Assembly: GCA_000004695.1 (NCBI GenBank) | Contig: CM000152.2 | Coordinates: 4,704,001-4,768,000, forward strand | From: Dictyostelium discoideum | Taxonomy: Eukaryota | Length of the DNA stretch: 64,000 nt | Direction of reading: 5' to 3' | Part shown: positions 36,254-52,005 of the stretch, in pieces | Layout: every line of letters starts with the position of its first letter | Position numbering within the stretch: position 1 is the stretch's first letter | Notes under the pieces: generated by a model | Database searches by the model: none | The model's input: only the letters and a program-made list of their open reading frames with translations | Told to the model about the DNA's origin: nothing | Position numbers and translations under genes: made by a program

Positions 36254-37311
36254 TCTTTAATTTTTTTATTTATATATTTTATTTAATTTTTAAAAATTTT
36301 TATTTGTTTTATTTATTTATTTTAAATTATTTGTTTAATAAAAAAAAAAAAAAAAAAATTATTTATACCAATTTTTTTTTATGGGTATCCGATAACATTT
36401 TAAAAAATAAATTCGAAAATATTAACCAATAAATTATCCTGGAAAATGATATATTTTATTGCCTGGTCATGATGTCAAGAGGACTTGCAAAAATTGATTT
36501 ATTTGAATTATCTCATTTATTTACACAATATCGGATCAAAGTTTTTTCGAATATTTAAATAAAAACCGTAATAGAATTATTTTTTATCAAAGGAATATTT
36601 TTATGGTAAATAAAAAAAATTAAAAAGGAATGTCAGAGAACCTATCTCAGAAAAATGATTTTTTTTATGGATATTTTATAAAAAAAAAAAAATATCTCAA
36701 AATATTTTTTAAAAAAAAAAACCCAGGCAGTGATATCATAATCTTAACAAAAGATAGTTAGCCTGGTACTAAATTTATTGAAAAATAAATAAATAAAAAA
36801 AATAGAATTTTAAATGTTTATAATTATTTATTTGTAGTTGGAGAAAAAAAAAAAAAAAATAAATTAATTTAAATCATCAAAAATGTTTGTCACTCTAAAA
36901 AAATAAATAAATAAGTAAAATATAAAAAAAAAATAAAAAAAAATTAAAAAAATAAAGTTAAAACACCTTCAGTTAATTAATTAATTTTAATAATAATAAT
37001 TAAAAAAAAAAAAGACGAAAAGGACAAAAAAAAAAAAAAAAAAAAAAAATGAAAATATTTGGGTAAAAAAAAAAAAACCCAAAAATAAATTGGAATTCTG
37101 GAATATTTTTTTTTTATTTTTTATTTTATATTATTTTTATTTTTTTTTATAATTAGAATACCAGAACGTACAGGGAATTCATGAATAAGAAAATGATTTT
37201 TTATAAAGACTCATTTTTATTTTTTTTATTCATTTTAAAAAAAAAATAAAAAAAAACAAAACAAATATAAAACAAATATAAAACTAATAAAAATAACTAA
37301 TATTAAATAAA

Positions 37312-37746
37312 ATGTCAAGTGTTTCTAGAAAAGTTTCAAATGTTGCAAAAGGTTATAAAACTAAAGATGGCGCAGGTGTATCACTTTTAAGTGTTATTGG
37401 TGGACCTATCCTATCAAAATCAGTTGATCCATTCTTAATGTTAGATGCATTTAAATCAGAGAATCCAAATGATTATATTGCAGGTTTCCCATCACATCCA
37501 CATAGAGGTCAACAAACTTTAACCTATATGATAGATGGTATAATGGAGCACAAAGATAACAAAGGGAATAAAGGATTACTAAAACCTGGTATGGTTCAAA
37601 TTATGAATGCTGCAAGAGGGTATGTTTTTAATTATAATTGTTAAAAAAAAAAAAATAAAAAAAAAATAAAAATAAATAAATAAATAAAATAAAATAAATA
37701 CTAATAATTTAAAATAATAATATATAGTATTATTCACTCAGAAATG
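37312..37746 (+). pseudogene. 5' part of the same pirin gene. Exon 1 is 37312..37619 (MSSVSRKV…DPFLMLDAFKSE…GFPSHPHRGQQTLTYMIDGIMEHKDNKGNKGLLKPGMVQIMNAARG), intron 37620..37727 (GTATGT…tatatAG, phase 2), then 19 nt of exon 2 (IIHSEM) before the sequence switches abruptly into piece F.
   Basis: Pirin N-terminal cupin motifs (HPHRG, QxMxAgrG, IxHSEM); the splice phase is self-consistent. Confidence 0.75.
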
Positions 37747-38583
37747 ATATAAAAAGAATCAAAACAACAACATGATAATAACCCATTTAATAAAAGCCAA
37801 CCAATAATATTATTAATTAATAATGAAAATGAAAATGAAATTCAGTTTTGGAAAGTTTTTAGAAATAAAATTATATTTAAAAATATATTTTCAAATTTCA
37901 AATATTCAAATCTATTTAATTATTCAAGATTATATTCAGTGTATGATATTATTAATGATTTTAATAATGGTATTGAAATCTTTAGAGATAAAGTGAAATC
38001 AAATAGTTTTTTAACTTTTAATATTGGTACTTGGCCTAATTTTATTGGTTTATCAACTATTTTAGAAAACATTAAAGATGAAAATGAAGAAAATCAATTT
38101 TTTTATATTCAATTAATAAATAATTATTGCAATAAATCAATTCATTTTATGGTTTTTTTCAAATCTATTAATGAATCATCAAATTTATTAGCATTGAATC
38201 ATTTCTTAATAAAAAATTAATTAAACAAAACATTCAACTTTATATTAAAATTAAAAGATTTTCAGATTTTCAATTTTTTGAATTTTTAGTAAATAATCTT
38301 AGTGGTTTAATTACTATTGAATCAATTATTATTGAAAATTTCAATATATTTAAAGAATTAAAATTAGGTCAATTAATTAATATCACTAAAACATTTTATC
38401 GTGATGAAAATTTAGTTAAATTAAAAATAAATATAAAAGTTCAAAATTAATATTGGAAGTTATTAACTATGGTTATCCTGAAATTTCTGAAATTCTTTTA
38501 GTTTATATAAAATTTACAAGTAGTGAATTTAACCAACGAACAGGAAGTCTAAATTCATTATTGAAACCACTAGCTATGGATTA
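37747..38583 (+). pseudogene. Family pseudogene X, 3' piece F. It continues exactly where G stops ([18 protein letters not shown]…[32 protein letters not shown]…), with premature stops and a large internal deletion that jumps to the family C-terminus (…YPEISEILLVYIKFTSSEF…).
   Basis: Family blocks in order; in-frame stops at 38218 and 38448. Confidence 0.7.
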
Positions 38584-38881
38584 AAAAAAAAAAAATAAAA
38601 AAAAATAAAAATAAAAAAATAAATAAATTAGTTTTTTTACTATTTTAATAACAAAATATCAAACCTGGCAAAATAAAAATAGAAAAAAAAAAGAAAAAAA
38701 AAAAGATTTTTATTTAAATAAAAAAGAGTATTAAACTAAAATCTGTTTTAATAAGAAAAAATAAAAATATCCAGATTTTTTTTTCTTTTTTTTTTTCAAT
38801 TTTTTTTTTTTTTTCAATTTTTTTTTTTTTTTTTTTTTATTATTTTATACAAACATAACATTTTAAAAATAAAAAAAAAAA

Positions 38882-41739
38882 ATGAAAAAAAGAACTAGAA
38901 ATAATAATCAAGAATTTTATGATGGTAGAATTGAAAATATTAAAAAACCAAAAGAAGACCACATAATTAATAATGATAGTGATACTTTAATAGATGATGA
39001 AAATAATAATATTAAAAATTATGAAAATGAATTTAAATTATTTAAATTAATGAATAAAGAAAAGTTAGTAATTAAAAAATTACAAACGATTGCAAAAGAT
39101 AATGGATTACCATTCAGTGGTAATGAGAATGAATTGTATAATAGAATTGAACAATATTATAATATTAAAATTAATTCAGAAAAAGAAGTTAAGCAACAAC
39201 AAGATAATAATCCATTTAATAAAAGTCAACCAATATTATTAATTAAAAATGAGAATGAAATTGCATTTTGGAAAGTTTTTAGAAATAAATCGTTATTTAA
39301 AATGGTGTTCTCAAATTTCAAATTTTCAAATACATTTAATTATTCAAGATTATATTCAGTTAATAATATATTTAAGAGTTTTAGCAATGGTATTGAAATA
39401 ATTAGAGATAAAGTAAAATCAAATAGTTATTTATCATTTATAGCTATAAATGATAAGGACAATATTCAAAAATTCAATTTTAATGGTTTATCAATTATTT
39501 TTGAAAATATTAAAGATGAAAATGAAGAAAATCAGTTATTCTATAACCAATTTATAACAAACTATTGTAATAGGACAGTTCACTTTTGGAGTTTATTCGA
39601 CCACGTTATTGAATCATCAAATTTATTAGCATTGAAATCGTTGCATGGAAATGGAATGATTAAAGAAAAGGTAAAAGTTGATTTTGAAATTAATAGTTAT
39701 TCAAATTTAAAAATATTAAATTACCTAACAAAGAATTTAAGTAAACTATTTATTATTGAAACTATTCAAGTCAATGATTTTAATATATTTAAAGAATTTA
39801 AATTAGGTGAATTAATTGATTTCACTAGAGCATTACTTGATGATAAAAAATATTACAAATTATTAAAACCATTTAATAATAATAAATCATTTTCAAGAGC
39901 TACAAAAGATATTGATGATGAATTATCTTTATTTTTAGAAAATATTACAAAAAATAAATTAATTTTAAATGAAATTAAAAAATTTAAATTTACAGATAAA
40001 GAATTAAATGAAAATTTATTTAAAGTTTTAAAACCATTAACAAATTGGGATAGACATTTTTCAAAGTTAAATCATAATTATAGTAGTGACATTGATAACA
40101 ATAGTAGTATTAATAATGAAATTGAAAATGAAAAACAAAGATTATCAATAATAAAATTAAAAAATTTAGAATTATTTCAAAAAATAGTAAATAATAATGA
40201 TATTTTAAGTAAAAAATTAAAATTGGTTAGTTATGAAGTACATGAAAGTATTTTTAGTAATATTATGACAATTCAAAATGATCAAATTAAAATTGGAAAA
40301 GAAATGGAAGGTAATTTTATTGAACAGAATCAATTAATTCAAAAAATACAAGAAAAACAATTAAAAAAACAAAAAGAAAAAGAAAATAATACTCTTCAAG
40401 AATGTAAAGATGATGATTTAAATAAAAGAAATACAATTTTCAAATATATTACTATATTTTATGATTTAAATTTAATTAAAAAGAAACCAATTGAATATAG
40501 TTTAGCCTTTTTAAATGAATTTGTAGCTACAAATGAAGAATATTGTTGTTGGGATGATCAATTATTTGAATATGGTATGCCAAAAAATGAAATTTTAGTC
40601 AATGGTGTATTATCATCAAATATTAATAATTCAAAGAAAATTGAAATTGTAATGAATTCTAAATTTTTAATGGAAAATCAATTTAGAAATTTTATTTCAA
40701 CAAATTGTACTCGATCATTAATTAAAAATGTTAAATCCATTGATATGTTAGATTTCCTTTTTAAAAACTTTCAAAATCAAATATTTGCTGAAAATAATAA
40801 TAATTGGCAATATTGTAATAGTGTTGAAATTTTACAACATTATGAAAAATTAATGGAATCATTAGGTAGAAAATTCTCATATTCAGTTAATAACCCAGAA
40901 ATTCAATTCCCATTATTATTAATGGCAATTAATAATCCATTTTTATATGATGATGATGATGATGATATTCAAAAAAAAAAAAGTTTAATACTTAAAAAAA
41001 ATATAAGTTTTAATGATTTTTTATTATTAATAGAATCAAATCGTTTTAAGAAACTTGAAATGCGTAAGTCACTCACAGAATTTAATAATGACTCTATTTT
41101 AATTTCAAGATGGATTTCAGATAATTGTATAACCGGTCTTTCTTCTCTAATTGACCATGGTCGTGGTTTTAATACGTATAGTATTAAAATAGAAATTGAT
41201 GTTCAATTACCAAACTATAAAGGAAATGATGGTGATGGTGGTGATAGTAATGGAAAGGTTAAACTATTATTATACCAAAATCAATTAATTCAAATATTAT
41301 ATAATTCAAATCGTTTAGATGATATTTTTAAAATTAATAGTTTATCTGGTAAAGAGATTATTAATTTTATTAATTTCATTGGACCACATATTTCATTACC
41401 ATTCGTTGAAAAGTTATTACAATATTTAATTGATGTGAATTTAAATTTTGAAATTTATACTTTTTTAAGTGCATTGATTTCAAATGGTAATCTTTTAATA
41501 ATTAAATATTTAAATTTAAATCATAGTCATTTTTTTTCAAAAATTACAAAAGAGACCGAAGGATTTTTAGAACCAAGAGAATTAAAAAATTTACTTTCAT
41601 CTTCTGTTCTTTTTGATCATGTTCAAATAGCTGAAATACTTTTTGTTTATACAAATTTAACAAAAGGTGAATTTGAAAGGTCAACTAAACCTTCATATTC
41701 AATGATAGAATTTCTTTATTCTAATAATTTTAAATTATC

Positions 41740-41746
<7 letters not shown>
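38882..41746 (+). CDS. Family member D (954 aa), full length. MKKRTRNNNQEF start type, SAP-like motif [32 protein letters not shown].
   Basis: Same conserved blocks as B and C ([119 protein letters not shown]). Confidence 0.7.
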
Positions 41747-41770
<24 letters not shown>

Positions 41771-41943
41771 AAAAAAATAAAAAAAAAAAAAGAGAGATTA
41801 AATTCCAAATATAAAGTCACAAAGTCATTTTACTTTATAAAGATGCACTGGTCAAAAATCCAAAACTCATTTTTTTAAATAATCAACACCTATTTTTTTA
41901 CATTTCTTATTAATTGTTTAAAAAAAAAAAAAAAAATTAAATT

Positions 41944-42000
<57 letters not shown>

Positions 42001-42208
42001 TCAAAAGAGGTCCCCAAAATTTTTTAGATATTTTCAAGGGAACCCTAAATTTGTAATCGTGAAAAATAATATTTAAAAGCTCAAGATATTTTCATTCCAA
42101 GCTTGGTTTTTTTAATTTTTTTTTTTTTTTAATTTTTTAAAAAAAGTTTTTTTTTTTTTTAATTTTTTTTTTTTTCTTAATTTTTTTTTTCAACATCAAC
42201 TAAAAAAC

Positions 42209-42755
42209 ATGAAATTAAAAAACATTTTTTTGTTATTATTTATTTATATATTAGTATCTATTAGTTCACAACAACCGCAGCAGCAGCAGCAACAACAAAA
42301 TTTTATAGAATTATTTAAACCAGTTCAATTGATATACCCAGATTCAAACCACGATAGATTAATAATTAATGAAAGTTCAATTAATCTTTTAAATTCAGTA
42401 TTGAGTGAAGATAGATTATCAGTACTTGGAGTGGTTGGTACATTTCATTCTGGTAAATCATTCTTATTAAATCAACTATTAGGTACAACTGATAGTTTTA
42501 CAGTTGGGCCAACAGTTCATCCACAAACAATTGGTATTTGGATGTGGGCATGTAGAATTAAAGATGATAATGGTAAACAACATAATCTATTATTATTAGA
42601 TACTGAAGGTTTTTATTCAAGTAATGTATCTGAAACTTATGATGCTAAAATATTTGCAATTACAACTTTATTATCTTCTCATTTAATTTATAATTCTGTT
42701 AAAATTATTGATCAATCAGCTTTAGAATATTTAGAGTAAGTTTAATTTATTTAAA

Positions 42756-42827
<72 letters not shown>

Positions 42828-44719
42828 TATTAAAATTTTTATTTTATTATTTTAGATTATTATCAAGAAGAACACAATTATTTGCATTAAAATCACAAAT
42901 TAAATCAAATGAAATGAATCAAGAAATTTTAGGATTAAATAATATATTAAATTTCCCATCATTAACATGGGTAGTTCAAGATTTCTTTCAAGATATAGGA
43001 GATGAAACACCAACTCAATGGTTAAATAATTTATTGAAAGCACATAGTAGAGATAAAGGTGTTGATAGTAGTTTAATTTCAATCACTGATATTTTCCCTT
43101 CAATTGAATGTCATACATTATTTTTACCAAGTGGTGATAGAAATATATTAAGACATTTAAATAAAGCAAAATCAAATGATTTAAATCCAATTTATATTAA
43201 AGAATTAAATGAATTAAAATCCACATTATTTAAAAATGATAATGATAATGGTGGTGGTGGTGGTAAATCAAAATTAACAGGACCATCAATTAGTACATTA
43301 TTAAGATTATTAATTGAAGTTGCAAATGGTAATAAGTTTCCAACGGTACCATCAATTTGGAGTGGATTTATTAAACAACAACAACAATCAGCATTAGAGG
43401 ATAGTATTATAGCTTATAAGGATAAAATGTCAAGTATAACCAATGAGGATTCATTTTCAAAGCCACCATTATGTTTAAAAGAATTTGAAAAACTTGAATC
43501 ACAATCAAATAATTATGCAACCAATCTTTATAAACAATTATTATTTGGATTGGAAGAGGCATATAAACCAGGTCAACAAAAATTGGAAAGATTATTATCA
43601 GATAACCACCAATACTTTTTAAAAGAGAATTATTTTAAAATTCAAAATTATTGTCAAAGAATTTATAATGAAATGATTGAATCATTTGAAAATCAATTAG
43701 AGTCAATTAAAATACCAATATCTTCAAAACATTTCAATCATCAAACTTCAATTTTAAAAAATGAAATTATAAATCAATATAAAGAAATCACAAAACAATA
43801 TAACTTAAATCGAAACCAAAATCAAAATAACTATTTTGAAATATTTTTAAATTCATTAGAAAAAGATATTGAAAGGTTAATAAATGGTAAACAGTTACAA
43901 AATAGGAACGAGATTGAAATATTATTAACAAAATCAATTGATATGATATCAGAAAGATATAAATCATATATGAATCAACTCGATTTACCAATTACATTGG
44001 AACAATTAAAGAATGAGGATAAAAAGCATTATAATCAACTTTTAAATTCCAAATTTAAACAAATTACAGAGGTCGCTCATGAAGAATCTTATTATCAACC
44101 ATTCAAGTCAATGGCAGAGAAGCAATTACATCAACTATTTCAATACTTTCAAGAGATTAATGAACAAAAGATATTAGAGAAATCAAAATTTGAATCTGAT
44201 CAATCAATACTTGATTTCAAGAAAAGTGTATCACAAATCATTTTACCAATCGAAGAGGAATCATTGGTTAAATCAATGAATGAATTTAAAATTCGTTCAA
44301 TAAATTCTTACAAAAATAGATTGGAACCATTTAGAAATTCAAATTCTTATTCAACTCAATTAAATAAATTAGAATCTTCATTGGAAAAACAAATTGAATT
44401 GAAATTAAATGAAAATGTAACTCAAATGAAATGGATAGTAATGGAATCTTTAGATACTGTTAGAGTGATGATGATCTCTCGAACACCTATATTTTGGTTT
44501 CAACATTCCTATGAGAATGAAGCATATCGTGAAGCTGAAAAAAGAATTATTGATAAAATTAAATCAAAACCACTTCGTGATAAAGTTATTAAACAATTTA
44601 TAAATAATGATTTAAAACAACAATTAAATAGTTTATTTAAATTATCAACAATTTTATTAACTTTAGGTATAATTTTAATATTTTCAATTTTAATTTCATT
44701 TTCAACTATTAAAAAATAA
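42209..44719 (+). CDS. Guanylate-binding-protein (GBP) family dynamin-like large GTPase, ~795 aa. Exon 1 is 42209..42735, intron 42736..42855 (GTAAGT…ttttAG, phase 2, containing (TA)~32), exon 2 is 42856..44719. Unusually it has an N-terminal signal/anchor-like hydrophobic segment and a C-terminal transmembrane helix.
   Basis: GBP G-domain blocks LSVLGVVGTFHSGKSFLLNQLLG, TVGPTVHPQTIGIWMWA, LLLLDTEGF, IFAITTLLSSHLIYNSVKIIDQSALEYLE. Splicing gives ELLSRRTQLFALKSQ… in frame with the track ORF. C-terminal LSTILLTLGIILIFSILISF. Confidence 0.8.
42759..42830. repeat. (TA)n dinucleotide microsatellite (~32 units) inside the GBP intron
   Basis: Direct. Confidence 0.95.
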
Positions 44720-44824
44720 AATAAAATATTATATAATAAATTATTATTATTATTATTACTTTTTTTTTTTTTGTTTATTTTTTATTTATTTATTTTTTTA
44801 TTTTTTTTTATTTTTTATTTTAAT

Positions 44825-46464
44825 TTATTGTTCAGTTGATGGTGATTGTGGAAAAAAAGAAGTTGTATTAAAATGAATTGGGAATGTATCTAAAGTTTTT
44901 AAATTTACTAAAATGATTGTATTTGTTTCAGAGAAATTTGGAATGAAAATTAAACGAACGATTTCATCATTTGGACCTTTTAAAAGTTTAGTTTCAAAAT
45001 GATCTTGATTACCAACAAAGTAAATATCAGGACATTGTTCAATTACGAATGGATCATTATCTAAAGCTGCACAAGTTAGAGTATCTGGAGCAGTCGGTGC
45101 TAAATGTCTCCAAATTAAAGTTGACTCTGTTAATGACATTTTATTTTCATATGTCATATAACGTGAAGCATTTTCAATATTTTGACCACTTGTACCCAAC
45201 AATAATCTACCACCGATTTGTGATTGATATGGGTTGGTGCAAGTTGTTAAATTTGTATTTTGAATTGAGAATGGGAATAAACAACTATTCAAAGGTAATT
45301 GGGGTAATGAAATATTGGTGGGATCATTTGGACCAGGTATGATATCCACTGGAACCGTTTGACAAAGTTCACATAAAAATCCATCTAAATCTTTAATTGG
45401 TATTGCTTTTTTTGCTTGTTTTGCCTGTATTTCCGATTTGGAACTATATCTAACAAATGCTTCAATTGGTTCATTCTCTTTATGAATTGAATTACCAACG
45501 AACAATACCTTACAAATCTTTCCAAGTAAGTCACTACCATTATCAACTAGATTACCTTGTAGATAATCCATAAGTAATTGAGTTTGAAATATATTATTTG
45601 CATCACCAACATTTAAACCTGAAATTAAACAAATGTATGCATCATCTTTCAATGACTCTAAATCTCTTGAATGTGGTTGTGGTGGTATGCCTGGGAAAAC
45701 TATATCCCTAACTTCAAATTCTGCATCTGGTAAACCTTTCCCTAATATTGCAACATTTAAACCTGTAACTAAACTATCAACCATCTCTTTACTACCAATT
45801 AATTTAACTCTACCTGTATTATCTTCAAAAAATAATTTATCTTTTTCACCAATAAATGATTCTCTATTATCTGGTATTGGTAACATTGCTCTCTTTATTT
45901 TTTTTTTTTATTATTAATAATTTATAATATTGAATATATTTATTATTTATATATATATATACATACATCTTGAGCATATGCTTTTAAAATATTTGGTTTT
46001 AATTCCATTTCTTTATATAAAGTACCAATCATAATACATTCATCACCTGGTTTCATATGTAAAATCTTTTGAGTTGGTATACCTGGATATTTAGATTCAA
46101 CATTTTCTACTAATATTGGATTTAATTTCTCTAATCTACTCGCATAAATTGAACTATATTGAAGATTACTATGTTGACCTATTACTAATGATGTGGTTGC
46201 ACCACCACCACCATCACCATTTTTATTGTCATCATTCTTATGAATTGATTTTATGGTTGAATTTGGTTGTTTCTCTAAAAATCTTTCTTTATTATGATGA
46301 ATGATAACATCTAATCTCTCTGTTGTTTTATAATCTTGATCTAATCCAAAATTTTTATCTTTACCATATGATTTCTTTGTTTGTTTGAATTTAGTTTCAA
46401 TTTTTTCAATCCTTTTAAATAATTCAATTAATGATTCATTATCATGATTAATTTCTTCAAACAT
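44825..46464 (-). CDS. polD2: DNA polymerase delta small (B) subunit, POLD2/Cdc1/Pol31. Exon 1 is 46464..45967 (ends …KAYAQD), intron 45966..45893 (GTATGT…aaaAG, phase 0), exon 2 is 45892..44825.
   Basis: Exon 2 matches the POLD2 phosphoesterase domain: VLFVGNSIH, IPGPNDPTNISLPQLPLNSCLFP, NPYQSQIGGRLLLGTSGQNIE, HLAPTAPDTLTCAALDNDPFVIEQCPDIYFVGNQ, FIPNFSETNTIILVNL. Exon 1 is the N-terminal OB domain. Confidence 0.85.
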
Positions 46465-47181
46465 TTTATATTTATATATATTTAAATATTATTTTTTATT
46501 TTTATTTTTATTACAATTTATAAGCACAAACATATAAAAAAAAAAAAAATAAAAATAAAAATAAAAAAATAAAAAAATGAGAAAAAAAAAAAAAAAAAAA
46601 AAAAAAAATTAAAAAAGGGCGCTCTTTTTTTTTTTTTTTATTCAAAAAATGAAAAAAAAAAAAAAAAAAAAAAATTAATCACTTTTAAAAAGACTCTCCA
46701 GTATATAAAATAAATAGAGAAAATGTATTTATATATAATTTTTAAAATCTATATTTCAATTTTTTTTTTTATAAAATAATTTTATTACAATACAATACAA
46801 AACAAAATATTTTTTTTTTTTTTTTTTTTTAAATATAAAGTAATCATTTAAAACAATGTTAATAATAATAAATAGTAGGATTTCCAGATTTGGAAAATTA
46901 AAAATAATAAAAATAATTTTTTAAGTTTTACCACCACACACTTATAGTTTTTTTTTTTTTTTTTAGTCCAATGTCACCACACCATTCGCTACCTTTGTTT
47001 AGTATGCAAAAAAAAATAAAAAATTAAAAATAAAAAATAAAAAATTAAAATGAAAAATATTTGTTGGATGGTCAATTTTATTTTTATTTTTATTTTTATT
47101 TTTATTTTTTTTTTCTCCATTTTAAGAATAATTTTTCCCATTTTTCATTTCAAATAATAATATTAATTTATTATTATTAAA

Positions 47182-49968
<2,787 letters not shown>

Positions 49969-50330
49969 TTTATTAATAGACAATCAAAAAAAAAAAAAAA
50001 AAAAAAAAAAGAAAAAAAATGATCCAATTGATTTTCTTTTTTTTTTTTCCAGAATTAAAAAAAAAAGGATAAAATAAATAAAATTAATAAAAAAATTTAA
50101 AAATTCACCATTCGAAAACAATCACTAATAATTTAATTTTACAAATATTCAAATGGTCAATAGTTGATTGTTTTTCTATTTCATTTTTAATTATAGTTAT
50201 TCAAAAAAAAAAAATATTATTCTATTGTTGATGGTCTGAGATTATTTTTTTAACACTAACAACAGTGAGAATCGTTTATTATACATGAATACATTTCTTC
50301 ACTCCTATCTACACTAATCTTTTCTACTCT

Positions 50331-52005
50331 TCATAAATCTATGAATACTATCTTAATTTTATCAGATTCTGTATATTTGGCAACATGTCTCTGAGATAAA
50401 TCTTTATGAAAATAACCTTTTTGTGAGAAAATTTTACAAGATTCTTTAACTAACTTGAACACTCTATCATCATTCCAGTCCTCATCTGTTAAGATTTTAA
50501 AATATGGAATTATCAATGATCTCTTTTTATTTAAAACAGTAACATGTGTATTAATACCCCATATCTCTTTCCAAAAAAATTTCTCAATTTCTGCGTTGGT
50601 TTCATCTTTGAAAAACTTTATAACGAAAACATCTGAATCAAGATTAAAGGCAAGCCAACATTTTCCATCACCTCCTGATCCTAAATCTTCGAGTAAGAGT
50701 GGATTTTCTAAATCTGGTGGATTTTCAGTATCGATATCGAGAAGTTGTGAATAATTTGGAATGATTTCTTGTTCAAGTTTTACCCAAAACCATGAAGTGG
50801 AATTGATTTGAATATAATGTCTTGAATTTGAACCTTCTTCAGGATTTGTTTCTGAATAGTACATTCTTTGGACAACTGAACATAATGTTTTGACATAGTC
50901 TGGGTCATTCTGCGCAATGACTTGAGATTTATAAACCTTTCTATCAATTCTATTTGTAACTAAACCAGATGGTGATCTTGAAGTTTTTTTACTATTTCTT
51001 AATTTGGGAACAAAAGTTTTTGATAATTTGGTTGGTACAGATTGTGGGTTGATTTTTGATTTGTTTTTACTAATGTTTTCTTTAATGTTGTTAATGTTAT
51101 TTTCGTTAATCAATGGATCTTCTTGTAACCACAATATCTCTGATTCTAAATATGTACTTGTTATACCAATTACTTGTTTTAAATTGTGAAAATATTTAAG
51201 CAAACACATGTAGTCGAAAATTTGGCCACTTATTTTTCTATCTTTCTTATCTGTTAATTCTTTTGATGGTGCCCTTTTAATTTCTATTACACCTTTAGGA
51301 ACATCATTTTTTGAAACGAGCATAAAGTCTGGAACCATGTTGGTAATACCATGTTCAATTATTATATCCATAGAGTCACTGAAACCACAGAGACAAATGA
51401 TATCTTGTAAAAGATCTTGAAAAACTGATATAGTTTGTGCTTCATTTGATACAGTATAGTTTCTATTTTTATGGTTCCACCATACCTTTGAAGTAGTATG
51501 TTTAAATAAATTTTCATCGCAATATGGATTATCTAAAAGAGTAAAACTTGCATCGATTGTTGTGCACTCACCATGTTTTGAATCTGTTTCGGAAGTGGTG
51601 TGTGGAACAAATGAAACCTCACCATTTTTTATTAAATCTTTATTTTAAAAAAAATAATTTGTTAATATTTGAATGTTAAGAATATTTCAATATTGTCATG
51701 TGGTCATATATTCTCAATAACTACTTACGACTGACTTGTAGATTATTTTCAAGATAATCTTGAAGTTCTGATTCTAATTTTAAATTATCTGATTCTAAGG
51801 TTTTTAATTTTAAATTTTTTGATTCTAATTGTTTTGATTGTTCTAAATTCTCTGATTTTAATTTTTCATAAAATATTAACTGGCCAGTGCAACTATTTAA
51901 TTTCAATTTTAAACTATTTAACTTTGATGGGTCATTTTCGTTTTCAATTTTTTTTTTTATTAAATTAATTTTATCTTTTAAAAGTATAATTGGATCAATT
52001 TCCAT
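50331..52005 (-). CDS. ~527 aa protein. Exon 1 is 52005..51729, an N-terminal leucine-heptad coiled coil. Intron 51728..51638 (GTAAGT…aaataaAG, phase 1). Exon 2 is 51637..50331 and contains a PD-(D/E)XK-nuclease-like core (DIIIEHG…MVPDFMLV…GVIEIKR) followed by a C-terminally truncated protein-kinase-like module (LGSGGDGKCWLA…FVIKFFK…YFHKDLSQRHVA…KIVFIDL-stop).
   Basis: The track ORF 50331..51371 continues upstream in frame without a Met; the canonical donor and acceptor join it to ORF 51721..52005. Motif assignments are by eye. Confidence 0.55.

Noticed and set aside
36193-36432. 79 aa + strand ORF overlapping the start region of the secreted-protein gene
   Set aside because: Low-complexity I/F/L/K translation of the AT-rich 5' flank
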